From NCBI GenBank assembly GCA_043804635.1, contig JAZDIU010000056.1, positions 6,376 to 70,375 on the forward strand: a stretch of 64,000 bases of DNA. Direction: 5' to 3'. Below are positions 9,719-17,907 of this stretch, in pieces. Position 1 is the first letter of the stretch. Each line of letters begins with the position of its first letter. The position numbers and the translations under genes were made by a program. Below the pieces are notes generated by a model. That model was not told where the DNA came from. It did no database searches and was given only the letters and a program-made list of their open reading frames with translations. This stretch comes from Chloroflexota bacterium (lineage in GTDB: Bacteria; Chloroflexota; Dehalococcoidia; Dehalococcoidales; UBA2162).

Positions 9719-10582
9719 TTACTTCGATATCTGCCACGACATAATGAAAATCGAACCATCGTCACGTTTCAATATATCAGCTATTATTTTAGCTCTAGTT
9801 CTGCCATCCTGGGAATGTATTGCTGTTGAAGTAACAAGATACCTTGTCCCAGTAATTTCACCAACCACTCCGATATCGGTCCTCTCAGCGACTACCCAGG
9901 CATACTCACCGGAGAGACTACCCGAACCGGAGATATAGAAAGATTGGGTTTTTACTGGTTCGTCTTCGGAAATCTGCGGCCTTGGCGGGTCGAATGTCCA
10001 GTTGAGCAACCAGGCACCACTTCCGTCTTGTACCCTGGGCTCGTCGGGTTCTTCAAGCGACAAGTTGCCGGCAAATCCAGCCGCCGAAGAATTATCATAG
10101 CTATAGCCGACGGGCATTCTTGCTCCGACCTGGTCAAGCTTAATATGAGGCTCCCCTCCCGGTGCTTCCCAGGTAACGGTTATCGTATATTTGTAAGCCT
10201 GTTCTGTTTCATCCCAGACTATATCCCCTTCTACATCAAGATAGTTGTAATGCACGTTAATATCGCTTAGTTCACCGAAATAGAAAGTATAGGTTCCTCT
10301 GTTATCAGTCGCCACGTTTACCGTCATCTGGTTGATATTTTCGGCTAATTGGGTAGGCGGCGAGAGGCCTTTTAATAACGACCACATAGTGTACTCAACC
10401 CCGGCATCAGCCGCATAAATTCCATCTACACTCTCGACCACGATACGGCTGGCTTTAAGACTGGTACTGATATGGTTAAGACTGACGGCAATAGTCAGTC
10501 CACCTATTGCCAGTAAAGATAGAACTATGGGTAATGCCTGGCCTTTTTCTTTACGCAGCCAATTTTTCATAATTACCATCAT
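9719..10582 (-). CDS. PilX-like / pilus-associated protein with N-terminal hydrophobic anchor
   Basis: 287 aa. The N-terminus KGQALPIVLSLLAIGGLTIAVSL resembles a PilX N-terminal segment. ATGA overlap with the upstream pilin gene indicates the same operon. I recognised no catalytic motifs. Confidence 0.45.
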   Translation of the reverse strand: MMVIMKNWLRKEKGQALPIVLSLLAIGGLTIAVSLNHISTSLKASRIVVESVDGIYAADAGVEYTMWSLLKGLSPPTQLAENINQMTVNVATDNRGTYTFYFGELSDINVHYNYLDVEGDIVWDETEQAYKYTITVTWEAPGGEPHIKLDQVGARMPVGYSYDNSSAAGFAGNLSLEEPDEPRVQDGSGAWLLNWTFDPPRPQISEDEPVKTQSFYISGSGSLSGEYAWVVAERTDIGVVGEITGTRYLVTSTAIHSQDGRTRAKIIADILKRDDGSIFIMSWQISK

Positions 10583-11112
10583 TGTGTTATCAGATTAATG
10601 CGCTGGTTAATCTTGTACTCCTTAGTTTCCGTCGCCTTTTCAAGGCGAGAGGTTAGCTTTAACGTCAAGAGCGGACTTATATAGCTAGCGCTGCTGGTAA
10701 TATTATCACCAGGATTATAGTAGATATATGTAGCAACCAGAGTAGTTTGGTTAGCGCCACCACCCGAATGAGTCCGCTTAAGTCTGCCGACGCCATTAGC
10801 CAGACCTTCAAAGAAATATGATGCTGAGTGATAGGTTGGGTCCCCGGCAGCATCCCATTCAGCCCAGTCTATGACCAAGAAATATGGAGGCGTTAGATTA
10901 TCTGTGCTAATATTAGTTGCCATCTGAGCATCCCGGCTAATCCAGTAACCGGCATTCTCAACTTGATTAACTACCACTACGTAGTCATTATTAATGTCGA
11001 TATTCCGCATAACCTGGAAGATAGCCGCGCCGGCGGCCGTACTTGTCAGTGCCATGATGGACACAGCAATTATCAATTCTACCAGGGTGAAACCTTTCTG
11101 GGCTGACTTCAT
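10579..11112 (-). CDS. type IV pilin (prepilin-type N-terminal cleavage/methylation domain)
   Basis: MKSAQKG|FTLVELIIAVSIMAL is a canonical class III signal (G-FTLVE). 177 aa. Confidence 0.8.
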   Translation of the reverse strand: MKSAQKGFTLVELIIAVSIMALTSTAAGAAIFQVMRNIDINNDYVVVVNQVENAGYWISRDAQMATNISTDNLTPPYFLVIDWAEWDAAGDPTYHSASYFFEGLANGVGRLKRTHSGGGANQTTLVATYIYYNPGDNITSSASYISPLLTLKLTSRLEKATETKEYKINQRINLITQ

Positions 11113-11501
11113 CGATTTACCTTATAACCTACTAAACTAAGTACTTCTTTACCCGAATGATTTATAGTAATGATTATTTTTTGAACGCCGTTATCGGAGA
11201 CGTGTAAAGGCTGAGCAGATATAGTTGCCGAATAGTTGGTATAATCCTTCCCGCTTGGTATCGGAGATGGAGCATACTGAGTAGCTTCATTCACGTAACT
11301 GACATTTTTTACCCATTCCAGTTGACTTTGTGCTAAGCTTTCAGCAGTAGCCTGCTCATCATTGATAAAGGCGGCCCTGGAGGTAGTTGCCACTCCGGTC
11401 AGAAAGACTACTGCAATCGTACCTAGAATTGCCAGCGCTACCGCCGTTTCTACAAGTGTCTGTCCTGACTCACGAATTCTTAGCTTCCCAAATTTTGACA
11501 T
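11109..11501 (-). CDS. pilin-like protein (prepilin-type N-terminus)
   Basis: MSKFGKLRIRESG|QTLVETAVALAILGTIAVV has the G-x-TLVE motif followed by a hydrophobic helix. 130 aa. It overlaps the next gene by 4 nt. Confidence 0.7.
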   Translation of the reverse strand: MSKFGKLRIRESGQTLVETAVALAILGTIAVVFLTGVATTSRAAFINDEQATAESLAQSQLEWVKNVSYVNEATQYAPSPIPSGKDYTNYSATISAQPLHVSDNGVQKIIITINHSGKEVLSLVGYKVNR

Positions 11502-11516
11502 TTACTTCTCTTTAAC

Positions 11517-12734
11517 CTAACCACCTATTTGACTGTACATCCCTGTCATAGCTGACATAAGTGTCACAGCAATTGTACCGACTACCAGACCCAAGAATAT
11601 TGTCATTGCCGGCTGAATAAGTTCAATGATGGAGCGCATTTTATCGGCAGCTTCAGCTTCGTAACTTTGAGTTACTGCCTGCAGGGTAGTATCAAGGTTA
11701 CCAGTTTCCTCGCCGACTCTAACCATCTGCACCATCATCGGCAAAAAAATCTTATTCTTTGACATTGGTTTGGATAAACCTTCACCTCTAACCATATCAC
11801 TTTGTGCCGCAGTTAGCGCCTCAACCAGCACTTTGTTATTCATCCCCTGGATGACCAGGGGCATAACATCGGTCAGGGGTAAACCGGCGCGAAAAAGTAA
11901 AGCCAGACTTCGGCAACAACGGGCAAGTTCGGTAAGATGCCTGAGTCGTCCCATCAATGGTAGTTTAAGCATTAATTTATCCCAGTTATATTTACCTCCC
12001 GGGGTTCTGACATAAATAAAGGCTGAGATACAAATGGCTAGCAGCCCTAATATGACGTAAATACCGTGGCTTTTAGCCGCTTCGCCCAATCCAATCATAA
12101 TTCTAGCTGGTGCTGGCATTTCAGCACCGAGGGCAGTATATAGTTTACCGAAAGACGGCAGAACAAAAACAATCAACAGTCCAACTACTACAATAGCCAC
12201 CACGAAAGTAATCGTCGGCATCATTAGAGCGCCTTTGGTTTGCTTAGCGGCGATGGCTTCTTTTTCCATATAGTCAGCTACTTGCTTCAACACAACCTCG
12301 ATATTGCCGCTTTGTTCACCGATAGCCAATAATCGACAATACATTGACGGAAATATTTTAGGATGCTTACCTAGAGATACAGATAGCTGATTTCCCCCAC
12401 GAACATCAAGAAGAACTTCAGCTAAGACTTTCTTTAGAGCACGATTAGTTGCCTGCTCTCGGAGCAGGTCCAGCGAAGCGGCAATATCTGTTCCGCATTC
12501 AAGAAGCATTGCTAGCTGGCGGTAGAAAAGGACTACCTCGGACGTTTTTACCTGAAACAATCCCGATGATGAAAGCAGTTGTTCGGCATTAAAAAGGGAT
12601 ACGTAACGTTTGAGGCTAATTACCTTATAACCGGTGTAGCTCAGTAGTTGAGTGGCTACCTCTTCACTAGCTGCCGACAACTTGCCTTTAACTAGCTCTC
12701 CATTTTCTTTGTAAGCGACGTATTGATAAACCAT
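11517..12734 (-). CDS. pilC: type IV pilus platform protein PilC (GspF family)
   Basis: Two GspF-type repeats with three TM segments. The ORF is open to 12806, but that would overlap pilB by 35 nt. The ATG at 12734 (MVYQYVAYKENGELVKG) gives a typical PilC N-terminus. Confidence 0.9.
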   Translation of the reverse strand: MVYQYVAYKENGELVKGKLSAASEEVATQLLSYTGYKVISLKRYVSLFNAEQLLSSSGLFQVKTSEVVLFYRQLAMLLECGTDIAASLDLLREQATNRALKKVLAEVLLDVRGGNQLSVSLGKHPKIFPSMYCRLLAIGEQSGNIEVVLKQVADYMEKEAIAAKQTKGALMMPTITFVVAIVVVGLLIVFVLPSFGKLYTALGAEMPAPARIMIGLGEAAKSHGIYVILGLLAICISAFIYVRTPGGKYNWDKLMLKLPLMGRLRHLTELARCCRSLALLFRAGLPLTDVMPLVIQGMNNKVLVEALTAAQSDMVRGEGLSKPMSKNKIFLPMMVQMVRVGEETGNLDTTLQAVTQSYEAEAADKMRSIIELIQPAMTIFLGLVVGTIAVTLMSAMTGMYSQIGG

Positions 12735-12771
12735 ATTTATTCCCCAAAATTTTGCTATCGTGAACTCATTA

Positions 12772-14295
12772 CTAATCGACTGAGAATGCTTTACACAAGA
12801 CTTCATCAGGGGTAGTGATGTCTGCCTTTACTTTTAACATACCTTCTTTGATTAAAGGCATCATTCCTTCTTTCATTGCTTGGTTTCGTAATTCTGTTGC
12901 GGAAGCACCATTAAGTACCATTGCCCTGATTTCTTCACTTACCCGCAATATTTCGTAAAGCCCGGTCCGTCCCTGATAGCCAGTATAGGCACACGACTTA
13001 CAACCCCTGCCGCTTAGAAATTGGCTCCGCTCCTCGCCCGTTTGCCTGACGTAAGCTATATGGTCTGACACCGACACATCAACCGGCTCAGCACATTCAG
13101 GACAAATCTTCCGGACCATCCGTTGTGCCACTACCCCGATAAGAGCTGAAGCTACTAGAAACCGCTCAATGCCCAAGTCGAGAAGGCGAAAGACAACACC
13201 AACCGCCTCATTGGCATGAATCGAGGAAAGGACCAGATGACCGGTTAGGGCAGCTTGGACAGCAATACCCGCTGTTTCGGCATCTCGTATTTCACCGATT
13301 AATATTACATTGGGGTCGAGGCGTAGTATGGACCTGAGCCCGCTGGCAAAGGTAAGGCCGGCTCGAGGGTTAACTTGAATCTGATTAATCTTTTTAAAAT
13401 GATATTCGACCGGGTCCTCTACAGTGATAACATTTCTTCCAGTCAAGTCGAGGGTGTTGATTGAAGCATAGAGAGTAGTAGTTTTACCGGAACCGGTGGG
13501 ACCGCAGAGCAAAATCATTCCGTGGGGAACCTTCAGCATCGCTTCATATTTTGCCAGACCTTCCGATAGAAAGCCTAACTGAGACAAAGTCATTAGCGTC
13601 CTTGCTTTATAGAGAAGCCGCAACGCTGCCATCTCACCGTAAACAGTAGGTATGATGCCGACGCGAATATCCATTTTTTCCTGGCGGCCTTTGGGGGTAA
13701 TTGAAAATTGACCGTCTTGGGGACGGAGATGGTCAGCAATATTCATACCAGCCAGGATTTTAATGCGGGAAATTAGGGGGTTGGCTGTTCCCAAAGGCAG
13801 AGTAAGAGCCTCATGAAGGGTGCCATCAATTCTATAGCGTACTCGTAAATTTTCTTCTTGAGGTTGAATATGAACGTCAGAAGCACCTGCTTTAACTGCT
13901 TCATCTATAATGAGTGCCAATGCTCTAACGATAGGTGCATCGTTTACGGATACTGTTTGGACTCGTTCTTCGGATACTTCAGAAGGTAAAGGAATATTAG
14001 AAATCTGTTTTTCTATTTCGTCATAGGAACGATAATTGAAATCGATGGCTTCTTGGACTTCCTGAGCGGTAGCCGCTTCAGGTTCTATAGTCATATGGGT
14101 TGTTGCTTCAAGAGCTTCTAGCGCTATTAAATCAGCCGGATTAGCCATAGCCACCTGAAGGACATTGTTCTTGATTTCAAGGGGTATGGCATTCCATTTA
14201 CGGGCTAATGTTTCCGGAATCAATCGGATTGCTTGCGGGTCAATTAAATGTTTCCGCAGCTTGAGCTGTTCTTTATTAGAGGAAATTTCCGCCAT
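12772..14295 (-). CDS. pilB: type IV pilus assembly ATPase PilB (GspE family)
   Basis: 507 aa. Walker A GPTGSGKTTT, Asp/His boxes (GHLVLSSIH), and a tetracysteine motif (CPEC ... CKSC). Confidence 0.9.
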   Translation of the reverse strand: MAEISSNKEQLKLRKHLIDPQAIRLIPETLARKWNAIPLEIKNNVLQVAMANPADLIALEALEATTHMTIEPEAATAQEVQEAIDFNYRSYDEIEKQISNIPLPSEVSEERVQTVSVNDAPIVRALALIIDEAVKAGASDVHIQPQEENLRVRYRIDGTLHEALTLPLGTANPLISRIKILAGMNIADHLRPQDGQFSITPKGRQEKMDIRVGIIPTVYGEMAALRLLYKARTLMTLSQLGFLSEGLAKYEAMLKVPHGMILLCGPTGSGKTTTLYASINTLDLTGRNVITVEDPVEYHFKKINQIQVNPRAGLTFASGLRSILRLDPNVILIGEIRDAETAGIAVQAALTGHLVLSSIHANEAVGVVFRLLDLGIERFLVASALIGVVAQRMVRKICPECAEPVDVSVSDHIAYVRQTGEERSQFLSGRGCKSCAYTGYQGRTGLYEILRVSEEIRAMVLNGASATELRNQAMKEGMMPLIKEGMLKVKADITTPDEVLCKAFSVD

Positions 14296-14478
14296 ATTCG
14301 TCCGCCCATCTCCTCGAGTGCAAAGACGTATGTCTGACTTGCCAGATTATACTGCTTGTGTAAGCACGAGTCAATGACCTGAAGGGCTACTTATTATTAA
14401 TCACTTGGCTCACTTTTTCTAAACAATGACCTTGAGCCACAATCAGGCTTATGTTAGTATTCTATCGGAAAGGTAGGT

Positions 14479-15351
14479 ATGAATGTTAGCCGCTTTTTAA
14501 AAATTACCTTACCGGTTGTTGCCATACCGGCATTGATAGCCATTCTCCTGCCGGATAATGTCTGGTCGACTTATGTAGATATAATCGAGCCGTTATCTCT
14601 TTTCATCGGCTCGCTACTTGCATTATATGTGGCGTTCTCGTACCGAAAGGAGCTAAGAGCCGCCTTCCTTTTTCTTTCCGCCTTTTTATTTATCTATATG
14701 TTAGCAATCATCTTTTTCTTATCTTTTTCCCCTATTCTGCTACCTTACCTTAGACCTCATCTAAATGAGACCGAGCTTTTTTCTTTGATTCAATCCGTAC
14801 AGTTCGTCAACTATGCCATGCTTTTTTTATTTTGTATTAACATCCTCAAAGTGGTGGATATAACTAAGTTGAATAGAACTGGATGGCTTCTTTTTATCTT
14901 TGCCGCGATTTATTGTATTGTTGCGGCAGTATATCCAATGTTGGATTTAATTAAAGGCGTCTCAAGTATTGGGCCGTCTGAGATTGCATACCTTATAATA
15001 CGGATACTCGATGCGGCTCTAATAATCATACTTACTCCTGTGCTCTGGCTATATGTTCAATATTTAAGATCGCAGCAGCGGCAAAGTTTAACCTTCACTG
15101 TTGTCATCTTTGGCATTGTGTGTGCCACTGTGTTCGACTATCTCTTCGAGTTAATTATAGCGATCTTCCCGAAGTTGCTGAGTCAAGATTCGCCTCTGTT
15201 AGCTACCCTCCCTGAGACGCTATTTATTTACGGGTACTTGATTATTGCGGTCGGGCTTTATGCTCACCGAAAGCAAGATGACTGGGGTTACGATGTCATC
15301 GATAGGACGATGGCTGGTGAATTAAAGCTGGTGGATGTAGATGATAGATAA
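14479..15351 (+). CDS. polytopic membrane protein of unknown function (about 8 predicted TM helices)
   Basis: 290 aa, almost entirely hydrophobic helices, with no recognisable output domain. It overlaps the next gene by 11 nt, so it is in the same operon. Confidence 0.6.
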   Translation: MNVSRFLKITLPVVAIPALIAILLPDNVWSTYVDIIEPLSLFIGSLLALYVAFSYRKELRAAFLFLSAFLFIYMLAIIFFLSFSPILLPYLRPHLNETELFSLIQSVQFVNYAMLFLFCINILKVVDITKLNRTGWLLFIFAAIYCIVAAVYPMLDLIKGVSSIGPSEIAYLIIRILDAALIIILTPVLWLYVQYLRSQQRQSLTFTVVIFGIVCATVFDYLFELIIAIFPKLLSQDSPLLATLPETLFIYGYLIIAVGLYAHRKQDDWGYDVIDRTMAGELKLVDVDDR

Positions 15352-16459
15352 AATTATCGACCAGGCATGGGCATCTCTATTGGCTAGCCTGTTGAAAAAG
15401 CAGAATGCACTCCGCCCGGAGATGGGTGAAGAGATTAATCTCTTTGTTCCACAATCGAGATTATTATCTCTGGCTTACTCCAATCCGGGCATTTGTAAAC
15501 TGATTTACCAGGCGGCTAAGACATCAGCAAGAAGGAATGCCAACCTTATAGTAAGAAAATTAGGTATGCCCCCGGATTATTTTTGGAAATTCGAATTCTG
15601 GCCAAAGGCTAGAGCTTTTACCAATCTCGGCAAGATAGTAAATAAGGTATTCTCTTCGATGATGAGTCAGGCTAAAGAAGGAAATTTCGAAATTCTCGAC
15701 CTTGATATCGACCCACTCAGAATCAGCACTAACTTTTCCGACTGTGTTGAGTGTGCTGGTATAAGCGGTTTTCAACAGGGGATATGTTACTATCACGCGG
15801 GAGTTTTTTCTGGAATTATCTCCGGATTGATAAATCGTGACCTGGATGGTTTTGAAACTAGCTGCCGGGCAAGCGGCGGTAGTTCTTGTGCTCTTACGCT
15901 TGGTGATAAGACAGAAGAATTCATAAAGACTGGAATGGATAGATACCTATCTCCGGCAGATATGAATACGGATTTAGCATCACGCCTGGAAAAAACTTTC
16001 CTTAATCTTCCAGTACGTGCCCTACTTGGTAGTCAGGTGAATATCAATTACCTCAAGTTAGTCCTGGCATGTGCTTTGCTTGCAGACCCGCAAAGTTATG
16101 CTACCTCTCATTTTACTGTGGGGACTGAACTTGCGCATAAACTAGCTCCGGTTTTGGCTAGATTCTATAAGCATGAGGGATTGCAAGCCATTAGTGACTA
16201 TTATTCTCAATTGGATGAATTTAAACTTAATGTTAAAAAAAATGATGCCGCGTTGGAATTAATAATTAAGGAATGTGCCGAATTGGCAGGAGACGTTAAA
16301 GTCATCGAAATGCTCTCTTTTACGCTCGGAGAACTTCAGGTATTAATATCAGAATTTTCTAAGACTGAAATGAACATCGTTGAAAGTCGTTTTGAGGGTA
16401 ATAAATTACTTTTGACTTTAATGGGAAGTAACGAAGCAGGTTTTCTTTTAGATAGGTGA
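15341..16459 (+). CDS. V4R (4-vinyl-reductase-like) domain protein
   Basis: 372 aa. The central segment DCVECAGISGFQQGICYYHAGVFSGIISGL...ETSCRASGGSSCALTLG matches the V4R Cys/Gly pattern as I recall it (C..C...G..G...E..C...G..C.F). Confidence 0.6.
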   Translation: MIDKIIDQAWASLLASLLKKQNALRPEMGEEINLFVPQSRLLSLAYSNPGICKLIYQAAKTSARRNANLIVRKLGMPPDYFWKFEFWPKARAFTNLGKIVNKVFSSMMSQAKEGNFEILDLDIDPLRISTNFSDCVECAGISGFQQGICYYHAGVFSGIISGLINRDLDGFETSCRASGGSSCALTLGDKTEEFIKTGMDRYLSPADMNTDLASRLEKTFLNLPVRALLGSQVNINYLKLVLACALLADPQSYATSHFTVGTELAHKLAPVLARFYKHEGLQAISDYYSQLDEFKLNVKKNDAALELIIKECAELAGDVKVIEMLSFTLGELQVLISEFSKTEMNIVESRFEGNKLLLTLMGSNEAGFLLDR

Positions 16460-16465
16460 AAAAAC

Positions 16466-17587
16466 ATGGCTGATAAAAAAGCCAGGATACTGGTTGTCGA
16501 TAATAAAGAAGATAGTCTACGCAGTACTGAGGGGATGTTACTCTCTTTGGGCTTTCAAGTTGTCACGGCACATAACAGCAAAGAGGCATTGGAGAAAGTA
16601 ACGCAAAACCCGACTAACGTGGTATTACTCGACGATGCCCTTATATCTGGAACAAATGGATTTGAAATGGTCAGGAAGCTAAAAAGGAACGCAGTAAGTG
16701 CAGTCGTTCCGATAGTTCTAATGATTTCTCAAGCAAATCTCGAAGACCGGCAAAAGGCGCTGGCAGTAGGTGTAGATGATTTCTTAAACAAGCCCATCGA
16801 CAAATCAGAGTTGCAGGCAAGGCTAAATTGCCTGCTTAAGGTCAATGCCTATAACGTGCGGATGCTCGACCTTTCAAGAGAGGTGGAGGCTGAGGTTGCT
16901 AAAAGGACCGAATCTCTGCAAAAAGCATTAGAGAAAATAAAGATAGCCTCTCTGGATACGGTTTATCGGCTTTCTCGTGCGGCTGAATATAAGGATGAAG
17001 ATACGGGAGCCCATGTCCAGCGAATGAGTCACTATTCCAGTGCGATTGCCCGTGCAGCAGGTTACGATGATGAATTTGTAGAAAATATTCTCTGGGCAGC
17101 CCCTATGCATGATATAGGTAAGATTGGCATACCCGACCGTATTCTTCAAAAACCGGGTAAGTTAGATACCGATGAATGGGCAATTATGAAACAGCACACT
17201 ACTATCGGGGTTGAGATTCTAAAAGATGCCAGTGCCGATTTTATCAAGCTGGCGGGGATTATTGCCTACAACCACCATGAGAAATGGGATGGCAGTGGTT
17301 ACCCCCAGGAACTCAAAGGCACAGATATTCCAATCGCTGGACGCATCGTGGCGCTGGCTGATGTTTTTGATGCCCTGACCTCCGACCGGGTTTACCGACC
17401 GGCTGTGCCGCTCGAAAAGGCTTTAGCCATTATTAAAGAAGGGCAAGGAAGCCATTTCGATCCGGCGTTAGTGGATACATTCGTATCTATTAAAGACGAA
17501 ATAGTAAGAGAACTTAACTGGTGGAAGTTTCTTACTATAGATGCTAGCTCTTCCGAATCAGGATTGTCAGACCTTTTCAAAGACTAG
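16466..17587 (+). CDS. response regulator with HD-GYP domain (second copy in the window)
   Basis: 373 aa. Receiver (ILVVDNKED, LLDDALISGTNG, NKPI) plus HD-GYP (HDIGKIG ... HHEKWDGSGYP). Confidence 0.85.
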   Translation: MADKKARILVVDNKEDSLRSTEGMLLSLGFQVVTAHNSKEALEKVTQNPTNVVLLDDALISGTNGFEMVRKLKRNAVSAVVPIVLMISQANLEDRQKALAVGVDDFLNKPIDKSELQARLNCLLKVNAYNVRMLDLSREVEAEVAKRTESLQKALEKIKIASLDTVYRLSRAAEYKDEDTGAHVQRMSHYSSAIARAAGYDDEFVENILWAAPMHDIGKIGIPDRILQKPGKLDTDEWAIMKQHTTIGVEILKDASADFIKLAGIIAYNHHEKWDGSGYPQELKGTDIPIAGRIVALADVFDALTSDRVYRPAVPLEKALAIIKEGQGSHFDPALVDTFVSIKDEIVRELNWWKFLTIDASSSESGLSDLFKD

Positions 17588-17614
17588 AAGTGTTCGGTTT
17601 TTGCTGCCTTTTTA

Positions 17615-17896
17615 CTATGCTTTAGCGGCAGGTTTTTGCGCAACATTCAATTTCTTCATAAGTCTCGATTTACGCCGAGCGGCATTATTAGAATGAATGG
17701 TTCCTTTTTCAGACGCTTTGTCTAAAGAACTGATAGCTGTCTTTACTGCTTGCAGAGCCTGCTCAAGCTCACCCGAAGCTATAAGTTTTTCCGCTTTAGT
17801 TAAATCGGTTTTGCAACGGCTGCGATAAGCCTTATTATGAGTTTGCCGCTTTACGGCTTTACGCATCTCCCTTTTGGCTGATTTGGTGATTGGCAA
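17615..17896 (-). CDS. rpsT: 30S ribosomal protein S20
   Basis: 93 aa: MPITKSAKREMRKAVKRQTHNKAYRSRCKT...HSNNAARRKSRL. This is the typical S20 sequence pattern. Confidence 0.9.
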   Translation of the reverse strand: MPITKSAKREMRKAVKRQTHNKAYRSRCKTDLTKAEKLIASGELEQALQAVKTAISSLDKASEKGTIHSNNAARRKSRLMKKLNVAQKPAAKA

Positions 17897-17907
17897 AATT
17901 CTACCTC

